From: Dimorphilus gyrociliatus
Taxonomy: Eukaryota > Animalia > Annelida
Direction of reading: 5' to 3'
Length of the DNA stretch: 64,000 bases
Assembly: GCA_904063045.1 (NCBI GenBank)
Contig: CAJFCJ010000007.1
Location: 2,425,404 to 2,489,403 of the forward strand
Part shown: positions 46,297-59,248 of the stretch, piece after piece
Layout of the letters: every line of letters starts with the position of its first letter
How positions within the stretch are numbered: position 1 is the stretch's first letter
Made by a program: the position numbers and the translations under genes
The notes under the pieces: model-generated
Seen by the model: only the letters and a program-made list of their open reading frames with translations
The model's database searches: none
What the model was told of the DNA's origin: nothing

Positions 46297-49200
46297 TTAA
46301 ACTCGAACACACCATTCTTTTTTCAGTTTTTCATTTCTGGTTTCGATCTCTTTTTTTACTCTTTCAGTGAACTCATCGCGACATAAATTACGTATAATAG
46401 ATGGCGTAGCTGGTGTGTTAATAGTGAAACTTTCGTTAAATCCGGCGTCTTGGCGCGCCGATTTAATAGCTTTCTTAACGGCTAACAGGGCACTAACAGC
46501 CAGGGTTAGTGACGGCTCCCCCACGCCCTGTAAATTGGGATTTTTAAGTATATTCGAAATAATGAATAAGCAATTAGGTTCACCTTAGAGGAGTGAATAG
46601 CTCTTGGCTCACTATCATCACCATCTCTTAAAAGTGTTACGTTAAATGTTCGGGGTATGTTGCCAATGGATGGTAGTTTATATTTCCCTGGTCCAACCGA
46701 TATTAATTTACTAGTAGATGGATCATATAACTGTTCCTCTAGCAACATCATTCCAAGCCCTAGATAGATAATCTTATCATTAACAGTATTTGCTTTCTAG
46801 TCATCAATTTTACCTTGAATAAAAGCGCCTTCTATCTGACCAATATCTATGCCTGGATTGATAGATTTACCAACATCTATCACTATATCCGCTTGCTTAA
46901 CTATTAAATCCCCAGTAAGGCAATCTATTTCTACCTCTGAGCATGCTGTTCCCCAAACGACGTAAAGGCCATCACACCCGGTATTGTCCTTCAAATTCAA
47001 ATCTTGGAAGTTATCACTACAGAGAAATAAACAGAAAATTAAATTATGCGCTCTCTTCCTTTGTTAGCTTATCACTTACAATTTGTGATGCCCACTGGCT
47101 GATAAATTGATTTGCTGATTATATGCTTCTTTAATCTGAAAATATTGATTCGATAATGATAAATATGGAATAAACTCTTGTAAATATAGCTCTTACCATG
47201 TCATCCCAGGAAATATTTGGATTATTTTTTTTAATTTCACTTAATCTCGAGTTTATTTGACGGCAAGCGTCTAATACTGCAAAACCATTAACATCAGTTC
47301 CACAACTTGCTGCTGTAGTAGTTATATTGGGAATAGTGTACGATGATGCATCTGGGATGTAAATTCTATCGTAATCAACACCCAGAGCAGTTGAAGTAAC
47401 TTGTTGCATCTTTGCATTTAGGCCTTGTCCCATTTCAACTCCACTAAACGATAAATAAACAGATCCATCTAAATAGATATTTATTAAAGCGTTTCCCTGG
47501 TTCATAGTAGCTTTGTTAAATCCTACGTAATGTTCTACTAGGGTTGAACAAATTCCCTTTTTTTTCCATCTGTTTTCCTTGTTAAACTTTTCAATTGCCT
47601 CTCTTCTATCTTCTATTCCATAGGATTGCATCATTTCTAGCCAGCATTTTCGAAGCGAATCGTGTCTCATAGTAGTCAAACTTTCATAGCCAACAAGCTT
47701 TGTTCTTTCGCCGTCTTTAAGCATATTTATTTCTCTTATGCTCTCTGATGGTATATTCAGAACATCTGCAACACTGTCTATTGCGGTTTCAGTTACAATA
47801 CCAGCTTGCGGAGTACCAAAGCCTCTAAACGCGGTTGCACTTCCGATATTTGTTTTACAAAACTTGCAGCTCACATACATATTAGGAATATTATAACCAC
47901 CACCCACGGCCTTGAGAAACTTTCTTGCTACGCCAAAACTGCAGTCCATAGAGTATCCAGCATTAAAGTAAGCCTCAACCTTTAACGCTTTAATTCTTCC
48001 ACTATCGTTGTATGCTATTTTATACTTGGCTTTAACAGGATTTCTGCCCCCTGTTACTTTCATATCAGTCATTCTATCCATAACATATCGAGTAGGTCTT
48101 TTTAGTTTATCAGCAATCAGGCTAGCAGGAACGGATGTTAGAGGAGATTGAAAATCTTTTCCACCAAAACCACCTCCACATCTAGCACAAATAACATTAA
48201 TTAAATGTTGAGGTTTCTTTAAAATAGACGATATTAAAAAATGATCAAGGCCAATTGATTGGGTACTTGAGTAAACGTCCAGAGCATCTCCATCTTTTGG
48301 TACGGCTAAAGCTGATTGGGTTTCCATATAAAAATGCTCCTGCTTACCAGTATTGATTTCGCCCTCCCCTATTAAGCTAGAGGTCTTAATTAAAAAAAAG
48401 GGAAACTTATAATATAGAATTAAAGTAAAATAAAAATAGAATCTAACCGCAAAAGCTGCTTCAACGTCGCCAAAGTTGACTTCTGGATCGAAGCTTACTT
48501 TGTGGAAAGAATTTTTTCTGATAGCATCATCTATTGTTACTATAGGGTCAGTTGATAATTGATAGTCAATCTTTACGGTTCTGGCTGCCTCAAGAGCTTG
48601 TCCCATGTTTTCGGCTACAATGTATAGAATTGGTTGACCGCTGTATAGAGTTTCTTCATTAGCAATTAGACATTCTTTTGATTCAAGTCCTACACTCCAT
48701 TGTTGAAATGAGGAGTCTACATAATCCCAATTATCATAGCTAATAATATCTACTACTCCTGGAAGTTTTAAAGCCTCCTGTATATTTTCTATCTGGAATT
48801 TTGCAGGAGAAATTGTTGCTAATATCGGATATACAATAACTTCGTTTTTAAATTTAGGCATATCAGCTATAAATTCTGATTGACCAGTTGCATGCTTTAA
48901 AGCAGAGGGTATTGGTAGAGGTTTTCCAACAGCTAATTTTTCAGGTATTGTATCGTATAGGGAAGCTCCTGTAATTGGTTCATAAATTTTTTCAATATTT
49001 TCTTTATTAAGCATTTGGCAAACGTCCAAATAAAACTTGAAAAATAAACTAAGTATTAGATTATTTCTATAAGTTTCTCCACCGCCTGGACTCCCTTTGC
49101 TAATATATAACTCTTTCATTAATTTAATAGACGCTTGTTCGAGCATAATTCGGTCCCATTTCATACCAATTAAATCATTAGTAGTTTCAGTCACCTCCGT

Positions 49201-51235
49201 AGTTTTAGGAGCAATACCTCCATAAACCATACGAATTGTTTTAATCCTATTATCTGCAGTTAATTCAAGAAAATAACAAGCGCATACAGTTGTTATATCA
49301 TCGTGTTTTCTTTTAGCTTGTTTAAAGAATCTTATAAACTGTGTTTCCTTGTTGATTGGGATTTTGAAGTAATTAATAACTTCATAGGGTTTTATAACGT
49401 TTTTCCTATATCCAACAATGAAATTATCGTCAAGTAAAATGTTGCGTTCCTTTTTAGTTGATAGAAGAGAAATTGAGGATCTACTAGCCATGAGTATTGG
49501 CATAATATCAGAAATTGGGCTAGATGTATAAACATTACCACTTATAGTGGCAACATTCCTTATTTGTCGACTACCAAAATGTTTAATCGACTCTTCTAAA
49601 GCTTCAAAAATACTGAATGGCTTAATTTTTTCCATAATAAACTTTTCCAAGTCGCTTAAAGTTGCTGTTGAACCAATTTTGAGAAACTCTCCATTGTCCT
49701 GTATATCCTTATTCAAATAATGAGGTGCGTGAATGAAAGTATCGCCTATTTTTCCTTTATTTAGTAATCTATCAATAGAAATTTCAGTACTGCCGGCAAT
49801 AATAGAGGCGTGAGGCATTTTCTTTTTCAAGGTCGCAAGATGGTTCATGGATTGAGCTTTAATCCAAATTCGTCCATTCATCGTATAATTAAGTTCTTTC
49901 CTATTCTTCCGCAACTATAATATCGTATTGAATAACATGATTAGTTCTTTTATCGAAATTTAATAGACTTAGTTAACTACCAGTAAATTCTTAGGGATAG
50001 TTTCATCATCATCCGGATTATACGCTTTCCATTCATTAGAATCATATAATTTCTTACAGGAAAATTTAGATTTATCGCTTTTATACAAATCTTCAATATC
50101 TTCATTCTAAAAAGTGTAAATTTTCAAAAAGCTATGGAATATAATTTATTAAAAATTTGAAATGGAAATAAAATTCTTTTATTTCCGATAGATGTCGCCA
50201 CTATAAGCTAAGCGCGAATTATAAGATAGTGTTTTTTCTGTCACCTGAGATTGATCACAAAATGAAGAGAAGCCATTTATGATTGACCTGTACCCAGTAC
50301 ATCTACATAAGTTGCCATGGAAATTATTCTCTATATCTTTCCTTAGCGGCTTTTGATTATTCTTTAAAAGAGCGTACATGCTCATTACAAATCCAGGAGT
50401 GCAAAATCCACATTGTATTCCGTGAGCCTTAGCAATTCTCTCTTGAATGGGGTGAACTCCAGTTTTAACATTCCCTATACCCTCAACTGTTGTTATAGCC
50501 AATCCATCAAAAGAGAGGATAGGAGAGATGCAAGCATTTATTGAATAGTGGCTAAAATGTTGATTTTGCTAGTTAAATATTTACTGTTGCAATGATTATT
50601 AAATATTTTATACTTAATCTCATTTTTTTCTTCGTCTATAGCTGATACCATAACAGTACAAGCACCACATCCTCCTTCACCACAAGCTGATTTACTTCCG
50701 GTCAAATGTACTATTTAATTTGCAGTATTAAACGAAGGAAGTTATTACGTGGTTTAGTAAAAAGCATATAGGTAAAGAAAAAGAAGAAGAAGAAGAGAGA
50801 GAGAGAGTATTTTTTTAATATACGTAATAGAAGCTGACAAATAATAGATCTGTTTTCTGTTTTTAACAAACAGAAGGTCAATGTCACAGAGAGTTTCAAG
50901 TTATTTTACAGTTTACAATACTTGTACATAGAAAACAATAAATTATCTTTTATAAAAGCAATAATAATGAATTTACCATTAATTGATAATGAATTTCTTG
51001 AAATTTAAAACTTACAATTATCCCTTAGATATGATAAAACAGTTTGCCCCGGATCAATAGTAGAATCAGTTATCTTAAAGAACAAAATTCAAAAATTAAA
51101 GGTATAGTTTCGTTATATATCTTTTATTTTTTAACGAGAACACATTCCTAGAAATGGAATGTCTTCTTCTAAATTCATTTATACCAATTTATAATTGATC
51201 AAAATAGTAAAACATTGAGAATCGTCACGCTCCAT
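46297..51235 (-). CDS. XDH: Xanthine dehydrogenase/aldehyde oxidase family molybdo-flavoprotein
   Basis: 2Fe-2S motifs CGEGGCGAC and [17 protein letters not shown]; FAD domain [11 protein letters not shown]; Moco motifs [46 protein letters not shown] 51235. Confidence 0.92.
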
Positions 51236-51573
51236 TGTATACTTCAATCAAGGCTGAAATAACAAAAATAAATCTGTGTAAGCGCCCCCTGGTCTTTTTT
51301 CCTCTTGAACTTTGAAGCTGATCGTAAATTAGTTCATCTATACGTAACAATAAAAGTATGAAACATAAACCACCGACATATTTCTCGGCTGAATTAGTAT
51401 GTGTAAGAATAGTAGGCTTATACTAGAATATTACTATATAGTTAATTCATATTATTAGTATTAATATTTCAACAATATAATCTAAATACATATAAAATGC
51501 ATTAAAATATTAATTTATCGATTACATACAAAATGTTTAAATATTAATATTTTCTTTGTTTTACTTGAACTTC

Positions 51574-53050
51574 TCAGCTATTGTTGCTATTATTTATGTT
51601 TTTTTGTTCTAATATATGAAAACTATGTATTTATTTTATGAATTGAATTATCAATGTGAAATATACGAATAGTTTAGCATATTCATATGAAATAAGAGAT
51701 AATTTCAATCTTACCAGGCGATACTTCAAAGCTCATTGAGTAGTTTCTTAATAGGCTATCATGATTTTTACACTTTTCCATATCTAATATCATCCCAACA
51801 GTAATAGACTGACTAGGCAGAACACATCTTCTCGACTAAAATTTCAACAGTATATTAAAATCGTTAAATAAGCAACTTTTAAAATTCTTATACGGCAATC
51901 TACTTACTGTATGACATGAAGAACAATGTGCTTTATTAGATACTACGTGTGGTCCATTCTTTAAATGTTGAAAAGCAATAATATAATTCGCTTTAATAGG
52001 CAACGGTTTATTCAAAGTAATTGTTTGGAACCCTTTATTAGCTACAGGTAACTTAATTTTATAAATAAGTTTATACTTTGAAATTCCATCTATCGGTTCC
52101 CATATTCCAACAAATGAATAAGAGGTTGAAATTACTCTATAATACTTTAAAGATAGGATATGTCCATCGCAAGGAAAATAGAAATCAACGAGCATATTTA
52201 ACAGTTCACCTCCTGATCCTCCTAAATTTAAAGCCCTACCCACAGTATAGATATCCTTATTGAAACAGATAGGGCTTTTCTCTGAAATAAAGAAATGGGG
52301 AAAGTGAAGATAAGTAAAATTAGTAAAAAAAGACCAAAAAAATAGAATATTATTACTTGCTAATCCTTTTGATGTAAAATTGGTTTGAATAGCAAAATAT
52401 CGGAGATACGCGCCAGTTTTTACAGCATCTCTTTTATTTGATACCCTTAACGACTTTGTGAAAACGTTGTTCCATTTAAAAGCCTATTCCAAAGGATGCT
52501 TTATAATAAATATAATAATACTTTTACTCTGAAATCTAAACCTCATAAATCTCAGGTAATCCACTGTCATATAGCTGTGCAGCAATAGTGTTTTTGTCCG
52601 ACGCAGCTGCATAGTCAAAGCCTATGACATCACCTTTTTCTACTGGAAGAGGAAAATCTGGCAGTAGAGTAACTGTTCCATTTTCCGTTGATTGTGGTAT
52701 TGTGACCTTGTGGATCCTTCTGAACCTATAGATTGTACTAGTTTCCTGATACTCTCTCCAAATTCCCAGCATTTGGCGATAGTTATTCCCATTTCTTCTA
52801 AAAGTGAAAGATGTTATATATCCACTACAAGGCATGCTATAATTCCTTAAAATAAACAATCCACCATTTTGTATTGTACCAGAATATAAAAGTTTTGATG
52901 GCCCTATTACTTGGTCATCCATAGAGCAATTTTCGAAACCTAAACCTATTAAAAGTATTTAACTAGTTTGCATTACATTTAGACAAAATTGAACCTCTTA
53001 CCGCTTTTTTGTAGTAAGACACATATCAAGAAATTATAAAGTCTAATCAT
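51574..53050 (-). CDS. Secreted protein with two tandem ~150-aa beta-rich repeats (DUF4082-like by eye)
   Basis: Signal exon MIRLYNFLICVLLQKSG; repeat 1 MPCSGYITSFTF..MLGIWRE..LPVEKGDVIGF; repeat 2 FPCDGHILSLKY..FVGIWEP..LPIKANYIIAF; six phase-consistent exons. Confidence 0.75.
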
Positions 53051-54189
53051 TTAAATCTAATTTGGAATTGGAATCTTTTATTCAAAAAACTGATTTCGTC
53101 CCCGATTAGATGTCTTCAACTGTAAATATTAAGTTTTCCGACTATCGGAAGATTAATAAATGATCAAATCAGTATAAATATTTCACAGAATTGTCGATAA
53201 ATCATGAAAAATATGATTTATTGTTGTCTATAGGTTACAGTATAGAGAGGTTACATTAGATATAAAAAGAATAACATTTCACCAGAATAGATAATGAAAT
53301 ATTCTTACATTCTAATACTTAAAAAGCATCAGTAAATAGATATAAGAAAGTAAAATGTATCTTTATTGATATTATACTTAAGATAGACCAGTGTTGTTTG
53401 TCAAAAGAAAATTACTTAAAGTAAATGTGATGTATATAAGTAGAAAAAAAGCTATTACTTTGATCTAATTCTTACTTATCTCTATTATAAAGAATAACAA
53501 AGAGGTTATTAACTTTAAGAATAAATGGAATAGTATTTAATATTGGTAAGCTGACCTTGAAGAAAAGCGTCTCACATACAAAATACGTGAAATAATACTG
53601 ATAGTATGATAAGATAAAGTAAATATCATTACAGTTTATATATACAAAATTGATAAAGAAGAAGAAGATACCATATCTCTAAAACACTCTTACAATCTAT
53701 ATAGAATAGATAGAAAATATAGAAAATGCTTATCAATAACATTACTTCTTATTACCTGGAAATGAATGAGTGTAAATAATACTTTCTAAACTAATTGAGA
53801 TATAAAAGAGAAGCAAAAACCTAAATAGAAAAAGTCTTATTTTTCTTTCTAGAACAAAACAGAAAACTGAGACCTTCCTTTACGTGATTTATTATTATTA
53901 CTTCTTATTGCTTTTTCCTAATAATGTCAACAAAAATTCAGTGTAAGAATCTATAACAGACATTGAGCTATAGGATTTAAATAGGAAATCTATCAATATT
54001 TATTAAAAGCTTTTCCCCTTAGTGATTTTATGAGGAAATCTAAGTAAACTGAATAAAATTTTAGTATTTTTAATTAAAGAAATTATTCTACTTTAAAACA
54101 TTAAAATAGTGCCTTAAAATAGGACATAGAGATTATATCTTGCCAAAAAATTATCATGTGACAAACTCAGTCTTAATTTAAAACTGTCT

Positions 54190-55695
54190 CTAATTTCTAT
54201 AGTTTAGTTTTATGTGAACTCCATCAGCTGGTCTTAAGATGAGTTCGGCGCTCGGTTCAACGTCATCTCTAGCCAGTTCTAGTTTAAATCTTCTTAAAAT
54301 TGAACTAAGAACAACCTTTTCTTCCATCATGGCAAACTTCTGCCCAATGCAATTTCTCGGACCAGCCGAAAATGGAACATAAGCGTACGGGTGCCTTGAG
54401 GTCGCACTTTCCGACAAGAATCGACTTGGATTAAACGTTTTCGGATCAGGGAATTGATGTTCATTAGTATGCAAAATAGGGACAACGACCAAAGCTGTTG
54501 TTCCTTTAGGTACAAGATAATCCCCAAATTGACAATTATCAGTTAGTATTCGTCCAAAAATCGGTACAGAAGGAAACAATCTTAATGACTCCTTGATGAC
54601 ACACTCCAAGTATTTCATCTCTCTTATATCGTCTGACGTAGCAGACCTGGGACTTTGGCCAAATATAGCATCAAGTTCCTCGTGAACTTTCTCCTGAATC
54701 TCGGGATGCTTACACAAAAGATAACAAACCCAAGTCATGGCTGCGGCGGTTGTGTCATGCCCCTCAAACATAAAAGTATCAACTTCCTCTCTAATATCTT
54801 CCTCTTGCAAGCCCTCAGAGCACAAAAGAAGGTCGAGGAAAGCCAACCTTTTCTTTCCGTTGCTTGATATCTGCTCATAATCAAGCTCTTTTAGATTTGG
54901 GCCAAAGCGATCTATGAGATCTTTCTTTCGTTCTTTAATTACATTTGTAGTGAAATCATGAAGGATTTTTACACTTTTTCTGAATATTTTACCGTAAGAT
55001 AATGCATTGAAAATAGCATCAGGCCATAAAAATGGAAACTTTTGACGCCTATGAACAATTTTACAAGTATCTGACACGGCTTTTACATAATCAGAATTCT
55101 CGTGATGCTGGGCATTAACATTTTTCCCCATGGCAGTTTCACAAATGATATCCAGAGCGCATAAACCCATTTGCTTGAAAATATCCACAGATTTTCCTGT
55201 ATCTGCACTGCTCTTCAACTTTTCTATTATTATTTCAGCTTGCTCATTAAAAACTTCTACAAAATCTTGGAGTATTCGGAAATGAAAGGTTGGTGTCAGT
55301 AATTTCCTACGTTCGTGCCATTTCCTACCAGTGGATGTTAATAATCCTGTACCTAGCCATGGTAACAGATAGCTGTAATCATCCGATTTTGTAATTAATC
55401 TCGAGCTGGATAATAACTTTTCAACGTAATCTGCCTGGAAAATTATCACATAGGGCACATGACCTATCCAGAGTCTTATTATGCCAGAATCACGAAAATT
55501 TTCGGCTTTCTCCTTTATTTGCTTATAGAAAGCTGAATGCTCCCACTTAAAGTCCCAGGTACAGCCCAGAAAAGGGACGCTAATCGGCCCTGGCAATTTA
55601 TCAAGATGCTTTCTTATTCTGGGCGGCAAAATAACAAAGTACCATAAGAAAGTCAAGCTTAAAATAGTAACAATGAAATAGAAGACAAGCGTCAT
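54190..55695 (-). CDS. Cytochrome P450 family 4 (CYP4V-like), intronless
   Basis: 501-aa single ORF; N-terminal anchor; EEVDTFMFEGHDTT I-helix; ESLR (ExxR); FSAGPRNCIG heme motif. Confidence 0.96.
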   Translation of the reverse strand: MTLVFYFIVTILSLTFLWYFVILPPRIRKHLDKLPGPISVPFLGCTWDFKWEHSAFYKQIKEKAENFRDSGIIRLWIGHVPYVIIFQADYVEKLLSSSRLITKSDDYSYLLPWLGTGLLTSTGRKWHERRKLLTPTFHFRILQDFVEVFNEQAEIIIEKLKSSADTGKSVDIFKQMGLCALDIICETAMGKNVNAQHHENSDYVKAVSDTCKIVHRRQKFPFLWPDAIFNALSYGKIFRKSVKILHDFTTNVIKERKKDLIDRFGPNLKELDYEQISSNGKKRLAFLDLLLCSEGLQEEDIREEVDTFMFEGHDTTAAAMTWVCYLLCKHPEIQEKVHEELDAIFGQSPRSATSDDIREMKYLECVIKESLRLFPSVPIFGRILTDNCQFGDYLVPKGTTALVVVPILHTNEHQFPDPKTFNPSRFLSESATSRHPYAYVPFSAGPRNCIGQKFAMMEEKVVLSSILRRFKLELARDDVEPSAELILRPADGVHIKLNYRN

Positions 55696-56816
55696 TCCAT
55701 CGAACTGTAAGTTCCATATTGCCTCTGTAACAAGTTGCAGTAATTAGAAATATGATAAAAAGAAGTAACATTCGGTTTTCATAAGTAAAGCAGAACAATT
55801 TATAAATATACAAATATATACTAAAATGATAAAGAAATATAGATTGCTCTATCAATTTCTTTTATTAAACGTAGGAAAGGATTTGAATAGAATTTTAGCG
55901 CATACGATTGAACACCGGTAAAAATTATTGTTGTGGCGACTTAAACGCATACAGACGGAATAACGGTGTGTTCTTACCCATCATGATCTGTTGATGTTAT
56001 GGCGAGAAGCTGCAATTATTAGGTGTCATATAAGCATCATATTTTGTTATCTATATGAGTATATTCGGTTATCAAATCAACAAAACAACATTGCGCATGC
56101 GCAATGCCATGAAACTTGGACTCTGAAAAGTATTCTATTGAGAATATATTCGCGAGAAATATCCTTAAAGCAAACTTCTTATTTTAAATTAATTTTATTA
56201 TGCATTAAATAATTAAATAGGCAGTAATTAAACTGTAGACAAAATAATCATTATTTAAAGAAATTTTTATTAATATAACCTTTTATCACGGTAAAAGAAT
56301 AAAAAAGCCGCTTTTCTTCGTAAAAACCGTACATTTTCTCTCGCTATTTAACGAAGAATATTAAAGATAAGTGTACTTTCATTACGCGTTAACAAATGCA
56401 TTGTACCTTGAATAATATATTCTTGCAATCGTAGAAATATTGCTTGTCCAAAATGTCATAAAGAATTAGTTGCCTAAAATGAATTTGCGAAGTCTCCATT
56501 TTGAAAAGGTAGTGGATTTTGTATGTATCCTAAACATACTTTATACATATACAGTATATTAACAATTCAGATTAATTGATTAGTTTTTCTACAAGTTTCC
56601 TCTAAAAATAATTGATTTCTAAATAATTATTGCAAGTTAAGTAACAAAAGAATTCTAGAGTGACAAGAGTATTATTTCCTGAGTCTAAAGTCAATGTTGT
56701 AAAAAGAGTTAAGAAAGAAAATTATAAGATTTTGGTGAATATTTTATGTAGGTTAAAACATATTCTGTCTTTTTAATTTTAATACATTTCACTTTGAGAG
56801 CACTATAAAAATCAGT

Positions 56817-57429
56817 CTAGTCGGATTTTTCCCTTGAATTTAAAGATGTTTCCAGGGTAGATGGATTATCTCTTTGTATCATCAACAGTCCAATCAATAT
56901 AAGTGAAGCTCCAGTCCACCATAGCAGAGAGAGCGTTTCTTGGAAGAGGAATCGCCCAATTAAAGCCTTAATGGAGTGAAATTAAGCATTACAATGACTG
57001 ATAACATACTCTTTATGTAATTTTTTTACCGTTACAAGAAAGTTTGATGATGTATTTATTACTGTAGCCTGTAGGCTACTCCTACACTTTTGTAGAGATT
57101 TAACAAACATAGTCCACATTATAGCATTGCATAGAAGAACTAGTAGAAAAGAGATCATTCGATAATAGAGCAGTAACTGAAAATTGTAGATAAAAGACGA
57201 TTATTTAGTGCGTGTAAATCCTTAAAGAAGGAAAAACGTCAATGAGACTTACATTCGAACATTGCGGAATCGATAACCTGACTGAATGTTCTTGCAAAAA
57301 GTCAACCAAGTGCTTTCGAGTGGAATTGCATGATAGTTCAGAAGCGAAGGAATCAGCAGCAATCTTTCCAAACATGGAGGCTAATGCTGCCCAAATTCCG
57401 GCACTTATAGCTAGACTCGTTCCAATCAT
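56817..57429 (-). CDS. TMEM42: Transmembrane protein 42 (EamA/DMT-like)
   Basis: AGIWAALASMFGKIA; CNAIMWTMFVKSLQKCRSSLQATVINTSSNFLVT|ALIGRFLFQETLSLLWWTGASLILIG; 3 exons. Confidence 0.88.
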
Positions 57430-58276
57430 ACTCTTCCCTTTTTCACTGTATACAATAGTTCATATTACAAAACAAAAAAAAAAAGAAATACAATCAGGAG
57501 TATTGCAGGTGGCGTCTCAAATTTTAATGTTATATTGGGTAGCCATATTCCGGAAGTTGTAGACCGCGCGAAAATTATTGAAAATTCAAAATATTACTCG
57601 ATAAGTCACAATTTTGCTTCAACTGTTTTTATTGTCCAATATATTGATTAATATGGACACGATAAAATATTATATTTACGTCACATAAAGTCCAAAAATT
57701 GGTTCAATTGCCAAACTTCATAAAGCTCTTAGTATTCTATGAATGACAGTATTGGAAAACTGCCTTTTTTTTGCTACATACTATTTACCATTGAAGATTA
57801 CGGGAGGGTAAAACTGATAGAAAACAACAATAATATTTAACAAACTCGTAACGTAATGTCCTCATAAAGAAGAATTACATGGCTAAATATTAATTAGACT
57901 ATAATTAAACACCTATAAACCTTGGAATTGTCCATAGCCAGTAGCAGTTAATGCTGAATAATAATGGAAAAAAATGGTGAATAAATTAACGTGCTTCTTG
58001 CTGTATTGTTTCCTTTGTCTTTTATGTCTATTACCATATCCTTGTTTGCAGTTTTCGAAATGCTAAAAAGTTGTTGCTCTTATACGGAATACCAAAGACA
58101 ATTAAAGATAATAGAGGTTTCGGTTCTTTATGTTTATTTGTGTTTTATTCACAAGGATAACCCTTTTATTTTGAGTAGAAGTCTTTCAATTAGCTTTAGT
58201 ATACACTATTTATAAAATTTCCCAGTGTTGAAATAATATTAGTCCACTTCACATAGAAAACAGAAAAATAAGGGAA

Positions 58277-59032
58277 TTATCTTTTCTTTTTCTTCAAATG
58301 CTTTGAGCGTTTTGTTGCTGATCTCCTCTTTTTCATATTGACTTTTTGTATCTCCTCGTACTTCTTTTTGTTATATCTATATGGGACAAATAAAGATATT
58401 GTTATATTCGAAATCCTCAGAGAAAACTTGTTTACGGAAATACAAACTTTCTGAATTCTGCATCAGCCAGTAATTCGTCTACTAGTGTTGCTTTACGTTG
58501 TTTTATAGGCACTCTACTGGAGTAGAATTCTGCGGGGCTTTCTATAACTTTTCCCGTTTGAAAGAATTTTGGCAATGTTTTTAAATCAGGAGCCTTATAA
58601 AATCTTTTAGGATCTAGAGCACGTCGATATTGTAAGATTGTTAAATTATTCTTTAGTTCTTCGGTCATCTCCGGAGCCTTCATATCGAACCAATTAAGAC
58701 CTTTGGTCTTACTCCGTTCTTCTCTACGTGTTTTCTTTTCTTGCCTTTTACTGAGATTTTCAGGTAAAGCTCCCGAGGATTGCAGAGATTGGATTTCTTT
58801 CGAAGCTTTCTTTTGAGCCATCTGTGGTAAAAAGAAACGTAAAGGCTGAGATATTTTAGTGCATTGATAGATTATATAACAATACCTGCTCATATTCTTG
58901 AATAATTTCATCTTTAGAGTTTCGTAAAGCTTTTCGACTCGTATAGATTGATACAGACTGGTCTTCAGTACTATCCTTCGAACTTTTGTTCTTTTGTTCT
59001 AAAATTTTATTAAGCCGATCTTCTAACGACAT
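58277..59032 (-). CDS. DNTTIP2: Fcf2-domain rRNA processing protein (DNTTIP2/FCF2)
   Basis: WFDMKAPEMTEELKNNLTILQYRRALDPKRFYK...PKFFQTGKVIESPAEFYSSR...TLVDELLAD; 3 exons. Confidence 0.92.
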
Positions 59033-59248
59033 TTCTTTTGCCTACATGTGTACATCCGGTTCACAATTTCCGTTTGTAAAAAACTATCAAACCTGGATCA
59101 GTGCTCCCCATTAAAACTTCTTATCAATTTTAAGTGGACTGTACGTGAGCCACTCATTTGAGTGGGAAATTTTAAAAACTAGCGTGTACTGCATTTTATC
59201 GTCCGTTTTAGTTACTTTTTTAATTTTTTAACATTATTTATATTCATC
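59033..59248. promoter_or_regulatory. Bidirectional promoter DNTTIP2/TK1
   Basis: Start codons 216 bp apart head-to-head; E2F-like GTGGGAAA at 59162-59169 followed by CHR-like TTTAAA. Confidence 0.4.

Noticed and set aside
51240-51430. Open frame containing ITIM-like LIYDQL, first read as a receptor tail of the two-repeat gene
   Set aside because: That gene stops at 51574 and has no TM; the segment is more likely XDH 5'UTR.
53100-54180. ORF-free 1.1-kb gap, checked for a hidden gene or transposon
   Set aside because: No terminal repeats, target-site duplication or coherent exons seen; cannot be resolved by eye.
57991-58215. Hydrophobic 74-aa ORF
   Set aside because: GTG start right after an in-frame stop; no phase-consistent upstream exon found; lies in the DNTTIP2 3' region.
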